NCBI GenBank assembly: GCA_965112155.1
Contig: OZ218100.1
Reading direction: 5' to 3' (one strand)
DNA length: 64,000 nucleotides
Origin: Podarcis liolepis
Lineage: Eukaryota
Under the pieces are notes generated by a model. That model had not been told where the DNA came from and did no database searches. It saw nothing but the letters and a program-made list of their open reading frames with translations. Shown piece by piece: positions 50,201 to 56,076 of this stretch. A program made the position numbers and the translations under genes. Each line of letters begins with the position of its first letter. The first letter of the stretch is position 1.

Positions 50201-53200
50201 AAACACCATTTGCCTTGGAATTGGGGAGGGGGCAGTATCCCATGTCTCTAACAACCTTCTGACTCCAATAAACCAAGTGATCAGTGTACACTACATAAGG
50301 AATACAACCCCTCTCCTCATTTTTTTTAATTCAAGATTACAAATATAGGAATTTGGCTTATAAATATAGTGGGCCTCTCTAGGCTCTTAGAAATTCAACA
50401 CAGAAACCCTTAGAACATGGATGGGGATCCAGATGGACTCCAGTTCCTATCATCCCTGAGCACTGGCCATGCTGGTGGAAGCTAATGGGACTCAACATCT
50501 GGAGGGTTATGGGTTTCCCACCCCAGTCAAAGTACAGTGGTGCCTCGCAAGACGAAATTAATTCGTTCCACAAGTTTTTTCTTCTTGCGAGTTTTTCGTC
50601 TTGCGAAGCACGGTTTCACATAGGAATGCATTGAAAATCAATTAATGCGTTCCTAGGGAAACTGCTTGCCAGGCTGGCGGTGCGGAGAAGGGCTTTTCTC
50701 CCCACCGCAAGCCTTCAGGACAGGTACGGGAACAGAGGGGAAGGCACGCAGTGCTTTCCCTCTGTTCCCGGGGCTTGCGTGGGAGGAGGGTCTTTCCTCC
50801 CCACCGCCAACATTTAGAACAGTTGGCGGTGAATGTTGGCGGTGGGAAGGAAAACCCTCCTCCCACCCCAAGTCTTCAGGAAAGCCATCCGAAGCTGGGT
50901 GGCGGGAAAAGGTGTCCCCGCCCCGCCGCCAAGCATCGGAGCTTCGTTCCGATGCCGGGTGGCGGGAGGAGGCGTCCCCCCCCCCGCCCGGCATCGGAGA
51001 TTCGTTCCGAAGCCAGGCGGGGGGGGGGGAGGTCCGAGGACAGTGGGGAAGACGCGCTGCGCTTCCTCGCTGTCCCGGAGATTTCCCTATGGGCTGTCGT
51101 CTTGCGAAGCAAGCCCATAAGGAAATTCGTTTTGCGAAGCGCCTCCAAAACAGAAAACCCTTTCGTGTAGCAGGTTTTCCGTCTTGCGAGGCGTTCGTCT
51201 TGCGGGGTACCACTGTATTGTACAAAATGAGTGCCTAAAGATCTATGACAGCTTAATCTAAAGAGTCCCAAGGACAGTAGTTAGGGAAGAAATTTCTAGC
51301 CCTACAAAGAGTAACATAACAGAATTAGGAAAGATGGAGATAACTTTTATTTTCATTCCTTGAAAATCTTTGAATCTTTTGACAAAAAAAAACCCCAAAA
51401 CAAATTCCAACCTTGTAAAATCATTTCTAATGAACTACTTTTCAGCGGGCACATGAATCAGTTCTCTTTAAACACTATGGTACAAATCTGATGGAAGGTT
51501 TTGTACCCAATGAGATATATTTTCCTGAAACAACACTGCAAATTGCATTTGGATCACAGTGATGGGATGTAGCTACTCAGAAAAGTGCTACATAAAACAA
51601 GGGGGCCCTTGTAAACAAGAACAGCACTCTGTGGTCCAAAGAGAGCAGATAACCTTTGCCCAAATGTTTGCTCAAGCTCTATAGTAAAACAATGAGAGAT
51701 GGATTAAGCAAGCTGTAAAAATAATTTGTTGTTGCTGTAACCAATTTGCTACAAAGCTTGAAATCTGTTTGCCCCATCTGAATGTATGATTAGGGGGGAA
51801 GAACAGTATTTTACCGGTTGGGAATATTTCTAATTAAACTAATTTTTGCTGCAGGCACAACCTCTGTTTTGTTATTGCTGTTAGCATACTACTATTTCAT
51901 CAATTAAAAATTACCTAAACTTAGATTTCCACCTAAATTCTAGCACAGTGGTTCTCACAAGGGTGTGGTGACTCACACTCACACTGGTGTGGCAGGAAGA
52001 TTAAAGGATTATCAAAGAAACATTTAAAGATTTCAGTATCGTACAGCATAGCATTGAAAAAAAATTATTTGCAGACTGTGGATAGATATAGTTTCAAATT
52101 GAGAACAATAGAACTGACTGTGCTTCTTGCAAACAAGATATTAGTTAAATTAGCTCCCCCTTATATTAATAGTGTTTAATTTTAAAGCAAGCCAAATTAA
52201 GCTCCAAATTAAGCAACTGCAAATTTACTAAAGAGTTAATGCCAGTATGAAGAGAAACTAAAATGCTATACTAAAATTGAATTATGACCCCTCATCTTTA
52301 CAGAGCTTTGTAATCCACAGGCCTTCAAACATTAGTCTCTCTTTTAATACACAAAAAGAAGTTTGTTGAGGATGGAGTAAATAGTGAAAATCACCAGCAG
52401 TCTCAGGCTCCATAACCATACAATACATGCATTCATTTTGATATGCAAATATTGTATATCATGTATGTGATCTGAGACATGGGGACCTACACAAGACTTT
52501 CATATTTTGCCACATACTGATGTGCTTTCCACTTACAACGTTTGCAACAGACTGAATCAGTCCTAAATCTTTTTGTTCGTGCAGATTACCAAAATAATTT
52601 ATTTCTCCATGATTAGAAGTTTTTTGAATGGGACTAGAAGTACCTACATACACAAACAAACAAACACACACCGGCCATAGTCAAAGGGGTGTGTGTGTCA
52701 GTATCTCTTCCCTTTGATCATAGTCATAATACTTCTTAGAATTCCTCAAATGATCTATTACTCTTTTGAGGTTGAATGAAAGCCAGATACACACAGAAAA
52801 TTTTACTATTTGGAGAAACTTAACTCTTCTCCAGCCTCTTTCAAACTACTTGTCATGACCTTTATGAACAAATGTATTGGGGGGGGGGGCCGAACTGGGT
52901 CTTTGCCCTGGTGACAGAAAGACTAGTTTCGGCCCTGCACGCACGCGCGCACACACACACACACACACAATCCTTTAAGTGGTATAAGAATTCATTTACA
53001 GGAGGGGCTAACAGTATTTTTCAACTACCCAAACTCAATGGTGGAGGCGTATGTGTATAGTATTGCAAATTTGTAAGCAGAGAAGTATCAACTTTACAGC
53101 AACGAAGTGAGAAATCTTCCAAGTATGGATATACATTTGAACAAGGCAGCATTTCCTTGCAGTTGGGAAAACAAAACACAACACTTTAAGTAAACAGATA

Positions 53201-53757
53201 GGATTGTGCCAAAGTAGATTCTTAAAAACAAAAATAAAAAAACAACAGGCAATACAAACAGACGAAGCTGCTCGGCGATCCAGAGAGTCTCTTTACAAAT
53301 TTAAACCATCTCCACTCTGCTTGGGGCTTTTAAAGCGCTGGGAGGCTCATGGAGGGGACTGTGCCGCAATCTCGCCTCCTTTCCTCCCCACCTCCCGCCA
53401 CCATGAGAAAACAAAGAAGGCAAGACCCAGCTCTGCTCCCTCTCCTTCTCCAGCCAGATCACCCCCTCCGCCCACAAGGCACTTTGAAGAAACGGCGCGC
53501 GCGGGGAGGGGGGTCGAGCCAGCGAAGATGGACGGCCAGCCCCAGGCAAAGGCTGCCTGGCTGCCCCCTCCCCCAGCTCCATGTCCATCACCGCCCTCCC
53601 CCCACGACTGCGGAGGGCGAAGAGGGCGCCGCTGCCGCCGCTATTGTTGCTCTCCCACCTGTTTGGCGAGGAACCTGCTGAGCTCGCCGCTGCTCCTCTC
53701 GTTCCTCTGCGCGACCATCTGCAGCGGAGCCGCCAGGCTGAGACGCAGGTGCTCCAT
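8..53757 (-). CDS. MDN1: Midasin (MDN1/Rea1) AAA+ ATPase, spliced, 5' part (63 coding exons, ~3505 aa; gene continues past window left edge)
   Basis: Spliced translation starts MEHLRLSLAAPL..RFLAKQ|IWSQQDRQC and contains six Walker A motifs (GPVGCGKT, GETGTGKT, GDTSIGKT, GDTGCGKT, GSPGVGKT, GPAAAGKT) with matching Walker B and R-finger (xRNRF) segments, colinear with recalled human MDN1. All 62 junctions are phase-compatible (59 GT-AG, 3 GC-AG). Confidence 0.98.
1203..1312 (-). CDS. MDN1: MDN1 exon 62
   Basis: cag|LHHLECEWKTHNLSTQLRTGKDLEDE..HPHIR|gtaact. Confidence 0.93.
2087..2474 (-). CDS. MDN1: MDN1 exon 61
   Basis: cag|FTDSRFQG..YDPAVKREYKLKYAEEE|gtgagg. Confidence 0.95.
2750..2964 (-). 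CDS. MDN1: MDN1 exon 60
   Basis: tag|GVGILSRAVFSKC..SSMAEFR|gtactg. Confidence 0.93.
4326..4493 (-). CDS. MDN1: MDN1 exon 59
   Basis: tag|VSAEEISLVWSELVN..TTNPERWLTW..DCSVQ|gtttgt. Confidence 0.92.
5550..5676 (-). CDS. MDN1: MDN1 exon 58
   Basis: cag|NGSSQQSSLCSEIRQFIAFCL..DSQK|gtaaga. Confidence 0.9.
6094..6316 (-). CDS. MDN1: MDN1 exon 57
   Basis: cag|DELWALVN..VQLWPAMEYLAVLW..SLQR|gtgagg. Confidence 0.93.
6587..6797 (-). CDS. MDN1: MDN1 exon 56
   Basis: cag|DVGVVDASVQL..GLVLRANNLKDAIS|gtaaat. Confidence 0.92.
7394..7455 (+). mobile_element. LINE (L2-like) 3' tail fragment
   Basis: ctggggaaacccagccagatgggcggggtataaataataaatt.. motif, also seen at ~11695-11735 and ~60320-60415; family call from recall. 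Confidence 0.55.
7730..7850 (-). CDS. MDN1: MDN1 exon 55
   Basis: aag|LPKDIQSASQQIQACL..KLQKFWGRPLPFK|gtgcaa. Confidence 0.92.
7970..8110. mobile_element. Truncated hAT-like MITE (one end; same family as 57681-57878, opposite orientation)
   Basis: Begins with TIR cagagctttccaaact; internal sequence resembles the reverse complement of the 57681 element. Confidence 0.7.
8306..8466 (-). CDS. MDN1: MDN1 exon 54
   Basis: tag|ILHCLLWRDRFWT..LHWHWVVKHL..|gtatgt. Confidence 0.94.
9303..9436 (-). CDS. MDN1: MDN1 exon 53
   Basis: aag|DPGSHSSLPHAVVVNLAGFFELWD..MYE|gtaagt. Confidence 0.92.
9452..9501. repeat. 25-bp tandem duplication
   Basis: aaaattaaaccaaaagacaatgcag + aaaattaaaccaaaagaaaatgcag (1 mismatch). 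Confidence 0.9.
9582..9691 (-). CDS. MDN1: MDN1 exon 52
   Basis: cag|AILFLDREKKSY..LRMSLEFHK|gtatct. Confidence 0.92.
10092..10212. mobile_element. Old palindromic MITE (ggactacaactcccatca family)
   Basis: ttttggactacaactcctatcag ... ctgatgggaactgtagtccaaaa inverted arms; related decayed copies at ~10410-10490, ~32840-32935, ~50420-50525, ~57030-57105. Confidence 0.6.
10557..10686 (-). CDS. MDN1: MDN1 exon 51
   Basis: cag|DEHVIPMDPRWNMQCLD..SNR|gtgagt. Confidence 0.94.
11092..11205 (-). CDS. MDN1: MDN1 exon 50
   Basis: cag|SVYTQLEAGAASL..LLQPNMT|gtaaga. Confidence 0.93.
11998..12218 (-). CDS. MDN1: MDN1 exon 49 (alternative in-frame acceptor would start at 12251)
   Basis: tttcag|TLPLTIHDFEKIL..ATNQDWTLRV..QVP|gtaagt. 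Confidence 0.88.
13176..13378 (-). CDS. MDN1: MDN1 exon 48
   Basis: tag|HMLDLIMKHVS..GLWPDS..YCLNRLNLRNSR|gtgagc. Confidence 0.93.
13646..13791 (-). CDS. MDN1: MDN1 exon 47
   Basis: cag|SSCTLSALINAA..ACWDIYV..NQK|gtaagt. Confidence 0.92.
14038..14240 (-). CDS. MDN1: MDN1 exon 46 (AAA6 R-finger)
   Basis: aaaaag|LFLSMDPSHGEISRAMRNRGIEIY..|gtgaga. Confidence 0.93.
14353..14716 (-). mobile_element. Full-length Sauria-type tRNA-derived SINE
   Basis: Minus-strand head GGGACGCAGGTGGCGCTGTGG (A box), GGTTCAAATCC (B box), (ACCTTT)n tail; TSD ggggtcacacta (14341-14352) / gaggtcacacta (14717-14728). Confidence 0.9.
15042..15180 (-). mobile_element. Short tRNA-headed SINE with CR1-like 3' tail
   Basis: Minus strand: ttggttagagtgcggtg..ggttgcaggcttgatccc head; ccttccaactctacaattctttgattcta tail. 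Confidence 0.65.
15654..15770 (-). CDS. MDN1: MDN1 exon 45
   Basis: tag|PSVLDRLNALLEPGGVLTMSERG..PHPNFR|gtgcgc. Confidence 0.96.
16406..16565 (-). CDS. MDN1: MDN1 exon 44 (AAA6 Walker B region)
   Basis: tag|FSRLVEEFRHF..FEWVDGMLVQALQSGEWLLMDNVNFC|gtaagc. Confidence 0.96.
17330..17600 (-). CDS. MDN1: MDN1 exon 43
   Basis: tag|VDIIRPWKSLLEKV..RLNNKISSYSKP|gtatgc. Confidence 0.95.
17818..18078 (-). CDS. MDN1: MDN1 exon 42 (AAA6 Walker A)
   Basis: aag|VGFSILSR..LVGPAAAGKTS..ELLGGFEQ|gtaagt. Confidence 0.96.
18188..18277 (-). CDS. MDN1: MDN1 exon 41
   Basis: tag|VVCLFRDIFGQDAEPYMGSRQFHITPYDVQ|gtgaga. Confidence 0.95.
18281..18309. repeat. (AAAC)n microsatellite
   Basis: Direct reading; a shorter copy lies at ~39883-39904. 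Confidence 0.9.
19091..19279 (-). CDS. MDN1: MDN1 exon 40
   Basis: cag|IDQEVMIEKKWGHKGGPWEFNLRDLFRW..DKEK|gtaagg. Confidence 0.96.
19932..20039 (-). CDS. MDN1: MDN1 exon 39
   Basis: tag|VFVDPLSSADMEYIGNTLFP..FNNM|gtaagt. Confidence 0.95.
20210..20407 (-). CDS. MDN1: MDN1 exon 38 (GC donor)
   Basis: tag|LNLASQSVLEGLNACFDHR..FLNRFTQ|gcaagt. Confidence 0.95.
20627..21089. mobile_element. hAT-like MITE interrupted by a SINE
   Basis: Ends cagggacgtccaac / gttggacacgcctg; perfect 8-bp TSD gcatagcc at 20619-20626 and 21090-21097. Confidence 0.75.
20811..21066 (-). mobile_element. tRNA-derived SINE with (CTT)n tail (squamate Squam3-like)
   Basis: Minus-strand head gagccagtatggtgtagtggttaagagc (A box); (TTC)n tail; TSD gatctaccagt (20800-20810) / gatctacctgt (21067-21077). 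Confidence 0.82.
21687..21809 (-). CDS. MDN1: MDN1 exon 37 (AAA5 Walker B)
   Basis: cag|DVTDLFGTDLPVEG..WRDGPLL..WIVLDE|gtgagt. Confidence 0.96.
22376..22584 (-). CDS. MDN1: MDN1 exon 36 (AAA5 Walker A)
   Basis: tag|PIYQKNNVSDYALNAGTT..LLEGSPGVGKT..INLSEQT|gtaggt. Confidence 0.96.
23149..23346 (-). CDS. MDN1: MDN1 exon 35 (GC donor)
   Basis: tag|TMSCSAGSAALAREKCL..GIHPFFIPT|gcaagg. Confidence 0.92.
23624..23857 (-). CDS. MDN1: MDN1 exon 34
   Basis: cag|ADIAGLMMDFIEWL..HAACLVYIDGIGS|gtatgt. Confidence 0.95.
24136..24207. repeat. 34-bp perfect direct repeat with 4-bp spacer
   Basis: tgactgaactttggcccagaccattactttaagc x2 separated by acag. Confidence 0.93.
25479..25608 (-). CDS. MDN1: MDN1 exon 33
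   Basis: tag|LSPALRNRFTEIWCPQS..NDK|gtaaat. Confidence 0.95.
26121..26160. repeat. Short (AACAATC/AAACAATC)n minisatellite
   Basis: caacaatcaaacaatcaacaatcaaacaatcaacaatcaa. Confidence 0.85.
26693..26828 (-). CDS. MDN1: MDN1 exon 32
   Basis: cag|VLETEKTLVLAEK..ATMNPGGDFGKKE|gtaatg. Confidence 0.96.
27051..27178 (-). CDS. MDN1: MDN1 exon 31 (AAA4 Walker B)
   Basis: cag|EFDSSRLFEWHDG..LMDEISLADDSVLERLN|gtatgt. Confidence 0.96.
27222..27257. repeat. (TACA)n microsatellite
   Basis: Direct reading. Confidence 0.92.
27326..27464 (-). CDS. MDN1: MDN1 exon 30
   Basis: cag|CGKTTICQIFAAL..ETSDFLGGLRPVR..DE|gtaagt. Confidence 0.96.
27570..27708 (-). CDS. MDN1: MDN1 exon 29
   Basis: cag|KASKW..HIVWTQGMTRL..EPILLVGDTG|gtaaac. 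Confidence 0.93.
27820..27954 (-). CDS. MDN1: MDN1 exon 28
   Basis: tag|FMLLAGRVRKQEEVDVIQ..KQM|gtaaat. Confidence 0.94.
28076..28217 (-). CDS. MDN1: MDN1 exon 27
   Basis: tag|SYRRGSSVFAGKHGFITLRDLFRWAERY..HLAND|gtgagt. Confidence 0.96.
28569..28715 (-). CDS. MDN1: MDN1 exon 26
   Basis: aag|VLSRAFRNRFVELHFDELP..MLELQ|gtatgg. Confidence 0.96.
29243..29451 (-). CDS. MDN1: MDN1 exon 25 (AAA3 Walker B)
   Basis: tag|VLIDAMRKGYWIILDELN..TQNPPGLYGGRK|gtacat. Confidence 0.96.
29589..29767 (-). CDS. MDN1: MDN1 exon 24 (AAA3 Walker A)
   Basis: aag|TYPVLIQGDTSIGKTS..RINNHEHTDIQEYIG..FKE|gtagga. Confidence 0.96.
29854..30087. mobile_element. Tc1/mariner-pogo(Tigger)-like MITE
   Basis: TIRs cagtggtacctc / gaggtaccactg; TA on the right, CA on the left. 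Confidence 0.8.
31027..31178 (-). CDS. MDN1: MDN1 exon 23
   Basis: tag|SLPEPKGGRMIKVEGYWI..VRVVSAG|gtatgt. Confidence 0.95.
32095..32166. repeat. Compound microsatellite (TC)18(AC)18
   Basis: Direct reading. Confidence 0.95.
32188..32298 (-). CDS. MDN1: MDN1 exon 22 (GC donor)
   Basis: tag|GFCLGFLTQLDRSS..KSILKQ|gcaagt. Confidence 0.94.
32450..32597 (-). CDS. MDN1: MDN1 exon 21
   Basis: cag|FYLSVRKE..DGTGHRPHYSLRTLCRAL..SLYE|gtgact. Confidence 0.96.
34013..34162. mobile_element. Short MITE with cagtgcttttt TIRs (hAT-like)
   Basis: cagtgctttttttt ... aaaaaaagcactg; TSD not clear. Confidence 0.55.
34247..34360 (-). CDS. MDN1: MDN1 exon 20
   Basis: tag|FTELYVEELQNEGDL..QGIV|gtaagt. Confidence 0.95.
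35704..35800 (-). CDS. MDN1: MDN1 exon 19
   Basis: tag|PLVRHSNFRLFACMNPATDVGKRNLPPGIRNR|gtagat. Confidence 0.96.
36209..36353 (-). CDS. MDN1: MDN1 exon 18 (AAA2 Walker B)
   Basis: tag|GTLAQAVKKGEWILLDEINLA..DRGDT|gtattg. Confidence 0.96.
37008..37111 (-). CDS. MDN1: MDN1 exon 17
   Basis: tag|SPLKEKWEELG..ENALVFAFVE|gtagtc. Confidence 0.95.
38025..38217. mobile_element. Tc1/mariner-pogo-like MITE
   Basis: TA|cagtggtacctc ... gaggtacactg|TA; same family as 40120-40345. Confidence 0.82.
38363..38568 (-). CDS. MDN1: MDN1 exon 16
   Basis: cag|YKPVDNKLIWLPLRESFEELF..KEN|gtaagg. Confidence 0.95.
39321..39381 (-). CDS. MDN1: MDN1 exon 15
   Basis: aag|HRLRVINMNQQSDTADLLGG|gtgagt. Confidence 0.95.
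39475..39623 (-). CDS. MDN1: MDN1 exon 14 (AAA2 Walker A)
   Basis: cag|KKQTFAPTRPS..LLVGETGTGKTSTVQYLAHIT|gtaaaa. Confidence 0.95.
39914..40026 (-). CDS. MDN1: MDN1 exon 13
   Basis: tag|TEYYCQLYKPEI..VGRVQLLRKQ..VQR|gtattg. Confidence 0.94.
40120..40345. mobile_element. Tc1/mariner-pogo-like MITE
   Basis: Perfect 18-bp TIR cagtggtacctcgggtta / taacccgaggtaccactg with TA on both sides. Confidence 0.88.
41109..41204 (-). CDS. MDN1: MDN1 exon 12
   Basis: cag|ALDCFTAMLSKQESRLKMAEIIGSQLNISKHK|gtagac. Confidence 0.95.
41229..41272. repeat. (GA)n microsatellite
   Basis: Direct reading. Confidence 0.93.
41691..41772 (-). CDS. MDN1: MDN1 exon 11
   Basis: tag|DLLNWCNRIAYNFDSSSSSTALNIFHE|gtacgt. 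Confidence 0.95.
42041..42231 (-). CDS. MDN1: MDN1 exon 10
   Basis: cag|ILQRRYPKLAVVIDRLLEIY..EGRELSLR|gtattt. Confidence 0.94.
43052..43166 (-). CDS. MDN1: MDN1 exon 9
   Basis: tag|LFSYGGGWYKQQNSHAALLDKYWTK..ELRE|gtaaat. Confidence 0.94.
43880..43983 (-). CDS. MDN1: MDN1 exon 8
   Basis: tag|ISVLIPLLENGELLIPG..FHLFATRR|gtagac. Confidence 0.95.
44657..44788 (-). CDS. MDN1: MDN1 exon 7 (AAA1 Walker B region)
   Basis: tag|TLLGMYRCTDVPGEFVWQPG..WILLEDIDYAPLDV|gtatgt. Confidence 0.96.
45340..45555 (-). CDS. MDN1: MDN1 exon 6 (AAA1 Walker A; NAGNAG acceptor 45555/45552)
   Basis: tctcag|QETILNQFVLV..LLEGPVGCGKT..GDQTDSK|gtaatg. Confidence 0.92.
46961..47153 (-). CDS. MDN1: MDN1 exon 5
   Basis: tag|LLEESRMQNVECALVLANP..AVCGVLLP..GEN|gtaagt. 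Confidence 0.95.
47267..47374 (-). CDS. MDN1: MDN1 exon 4
   Basis: tag|YTASCLALVTCMNDEHRLSFLKKIF..HFRL|gtaagt. Confidence 0.95.
48009..48233 (-). CDS. MDN1: MDN1 exon 3
   Basis: tag|FALRYFKDTSPVFQRLFLESS..HDTLVRW|gtaagt. Confidence 0.96.
49227..49453 (-). CDS. MDN1: MDN1 exon 2
   Basis: cag|IWSQQDRQCILSALAQLLLDK..HERLCVAMSKLIGDHPDVM|gtaagt. Confidence 0.96.
49548..49683. mobile_element. Palindromic MITE (hAT-like)
   Basis: Long inverted arms ttcttcaaccttggattcccagata..ggactacaac / ..gtccaacagtatctgggaatccaaggttgaagaa; degenerate 8-bp TSD ctttagag / ccttagaa. Confidence 0.72.
50535..51215. mobile_element. 681-bp GC-rich non-autonomous pogo/Tigger-like element
   Basis: TA|cagtggtgcctcgcaagacgaa ... 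ttcgtcttgcggggtaccactg|TA (22-bp TIR, 2 mismatches); subterminal ttcgtcttgcga repeats; no recognisable transposase. Confidence 0.85.
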
Positions 53758-54200
53758 TGCCTCGGCTTTCCCGGAGCAGCTCCCCTCCGCCCCGGGACCC
53801 AGGTAACGGGCGGTGGGCGTGCGCGCGCGGAAGCAGCCAGCTAGCGCCCTCCGCCACCCGCTGCTGCTGCGCGACACGTGGGGAAGGAGAGCGACTTTCG
53901 TTTTCCCCGTGTATACGCCGCGTCATCTCCCGGCGACAAACCAAGGCGGAGGAGGGATGGTCTCGGCCTTTGCTTTTTCACCCGCCTCTTGCAGAGACAC
54001 ACACGCACAAAAACTACTCATCCCAGCATGCACGGCGACTTACCTTCGTAGCAACACTCTTCAGAGCGTTGCGCACTGGCATAACTAGGATTTCCCTCCT
54101 CTCCTTCGCTGTAGGCTGAAGTTGCGCGGGGTTTTTGCGCCAAGTCCCTCAAAAGCCGGGTTTGTGTTACATAAAAAGAGAAACGCGGCGGCTGCAGGGC
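53270..54200 (-). promoter_or_regulatory. CpG island / MDN1 promoter and exon 1
   Basis: High GC and CpG density around the MDN1 ATG; CACGTG E-box at 53875-53880; CGGAAG ETS-like core at 53828-53833. Boundaries approximate. Confidence 0.8.
53659..53757 (-). CDS. MDN1: MDN1 exon 1 coding part (start codon at 53757)
   Basis: gcaATGG Kozak context; MEHLRLSLAAPLQMVAQRNERSSGELSRFLAKQ|gtggga, inside a CpG island. Confidence 0.94.
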
Positions 54201-54246
54201 GTTTGGGCTTTAAAGCACTGGGAACATCCCATTGGGACTTACTTCC

Positions 54247-54488
54247 GAACAAACAAACAAAACAAAATAAAAAATAAAATGAAATAAATCCTTCCAGTAG
54301 CACCTTAAAAGGTAAAGGGACCCCTGACCATTAGGTCCAGTCGTGACCGTAGCACCTTGGAGACCAGCTAAGAAGAAAGCTCATACCAGTAACTAACTTA
54401 GTTGGTCTCTAAAGTGCTACTGGAAGGAATTGTTTTATTTTATTTTGTTTCGACTAGGCAGACCAACACGGCTACCTACCTGTAACTA
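54247..54488. mobile_element. Penelope-like retroelement terminal hairpin remnant
   Basis: Inverted arms ccttccagtagcacctt..gagaccagctaag / cttagttggtctctaaagtgctactggaagg followed by cagaccaacacggctacc tail; family call from recalled reptile PLE ends. Confidence 0.65.
54307..54348 (-). mobile_element. 5'-truncated Sauria SINE 3' end (42 bp) inserted in the Penelope-like remnant
   Basis: aaaaggtaaagggacccctgaccattaggtccagtcgtgacc resembles the reverse complement of the 62063 SINE tail; perfect 10-bp TSD gtagcacctt (54297-54306, 54349-54358). Confidence 0.8.
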
Positions 54489-55121
54489 AAACAAATAAAA
54501 GTGTGCTGATCAACAACAACAGCAACAAAACCTTTTCCCAGTTAGATGGAGCTACATCAGTTTTTGTTAGAGCGAGGAGAGAAATAGGTTTTCAAGGGTG
54601 TTGGGAATAGTTTGAAAACGGCATGAAAATACTCAGGGTTGTGGCCCTCTAGCACTATACTGTACTGAATAGCAGGGCCTGTGCTCGGGGGACAAAACAT
54701 CAACAGCCCAGCAAGTCTTATGGAAAATTAAGCTTACAAGTCCATTATTTCTAGGCAACAATCCCTGACACACCTAAACCTGCACAGGACAGGACCGCAC
54801 AGCTGCCATCTTAAACACACCAGAGATAAAGTTGAGTGGAGTTTATTCAGACTAAGTCCCAAATAAATATACAAAGGGTTAGATTGCACAGAGCACCTTA
54901 AATGGAAGTGGCCAAAAGCACTTTGTTGCATGCGAACAAGTTTGTATGCCAAAAGACAAAGTTGCTGCTATCAAAAGTATTGCTGTTGTAATGAATCTTA
55001 AAAACTATATGGGATAGCTGGAACAAAGCCAACAAATGACAGAGTTAACTTTTTAGGTCAAAGGAGATGTGAAAATTTACAATCAATCTTTTTAACCACT
55101 AGTTGGTACAAGATGTAATTA

Positions 55122-55483
55122 CCGTATTTTTCGCTCTATAACACGCACCAGACCATAACACGCACGTAGTTTTTAGAGAAGGAAAACAAGAAAAAAAATA
55201 TTCTAAACAAAATAGTGGATATATGATTTTTGTGGTTCATGCTGTGGCCACAGACATGTGATCTGACAGTGAGTTTGGAGTAGCCCAATGCAAAAATCCT
55301 GAGGATCCATGTGGATCCATGCTTTGTAATCACGGAGGAGGGAAGGAAGGGGAACCATAGATCCTCTGCTCACGACTGCAGCAGATCCCCCCCACCCGCA
55401 GGCATTCGCTCCATAACACGCACAGACATTTCCCCTTACTTTCTAGGAGGAAAAAAGTGAGTGTTATGGTGCAAAAAATACGG
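55122..55483 (+). mobile_element. pogo/Tigger-like MITE, copy A
   Basis: TA|ccgtatttttcgctctataacac ... gtgttatggtgcaaaaaatacgg|TA; near-identical to 58905-59273. Confidence 0.9.
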
Positions 55484-55931
55484 TAACTGTATGTGCTATA
55501 GCAGCTATACACTACATGACAGTATGTCACATTGAACTCCAGGGCTTTCTACTGAGAAAGCATACATAAAATTCAGTTGCAAAGGTCTTATCTTATTTGC
55601 TGAGTTTCCAAAACCACAAAAAAATTATCCAACAGCCAACTTCAGTCATCCTTTCCCCTCCCCCTTTACCTGGGAGATGACAGATGGATTGCTAGATACC
55701 TTTTTAAAAAATGCTGAACCGTTGCTCATTTGAGGTCTATTACTTACACCAACAGCAAATAATCTAGCAGCACCTTGAAGACTTACGATAATAGTGCAAC
55801 CCTGCACCTTTCTTCAGAAGCTCCACTGTACCCAGTGGGCCTTACTCCTTTACATGTAAGTTCCACTGAATTCAACAGGGCTTACTTCTGAGTAGACAAG
55901 CGTAGGCTTGCAATGTGTACTGTGACATAAG

Positions 55932-56076
55932 CAGTGCTTTTGGTTTTAAAAAAATAAAATAGGAAAAAGGTGTTGGTACTCGCCATGAAGTTGTTACAAT
56001 AAGTGCCACACTTTTAACATTTGTAAGGAAAGGTGTTGGTACTGCGTACCCTTGAGTACCCGCAGAAAAAGCACTG
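55932..56076. mobile_element. Short hAT-like MITE (cagtgctttt TIRs)
   Basis: cagtgctttt ... aaaagcactg; degenerate 8-bp TSD gacataag / ggcatgag; internal duplication aaaggtgttggtact. Confidence 0.62.

Noticed and set aside
50642-51271. Stack of 95-190 aa ORFs on both strands
   Set aside because: A by-product of the GC-rich palindromic MITE interior; no transposase or other domain.
53204-54119. Several long Pro/Arg/Ala-rich ORFs (also 56320-57346)
   Set aside because: Stop-codon scarcity in CpG islands; only 53659-53757 (minus) is supported as coding.
55136-55333. Duplicated 65-aa ORF (also 58919-59116) suggesting a small gene pair
   Set aside because: Both lie within the two MITE copies, so the similarity reflects the repeat, not a gene family.
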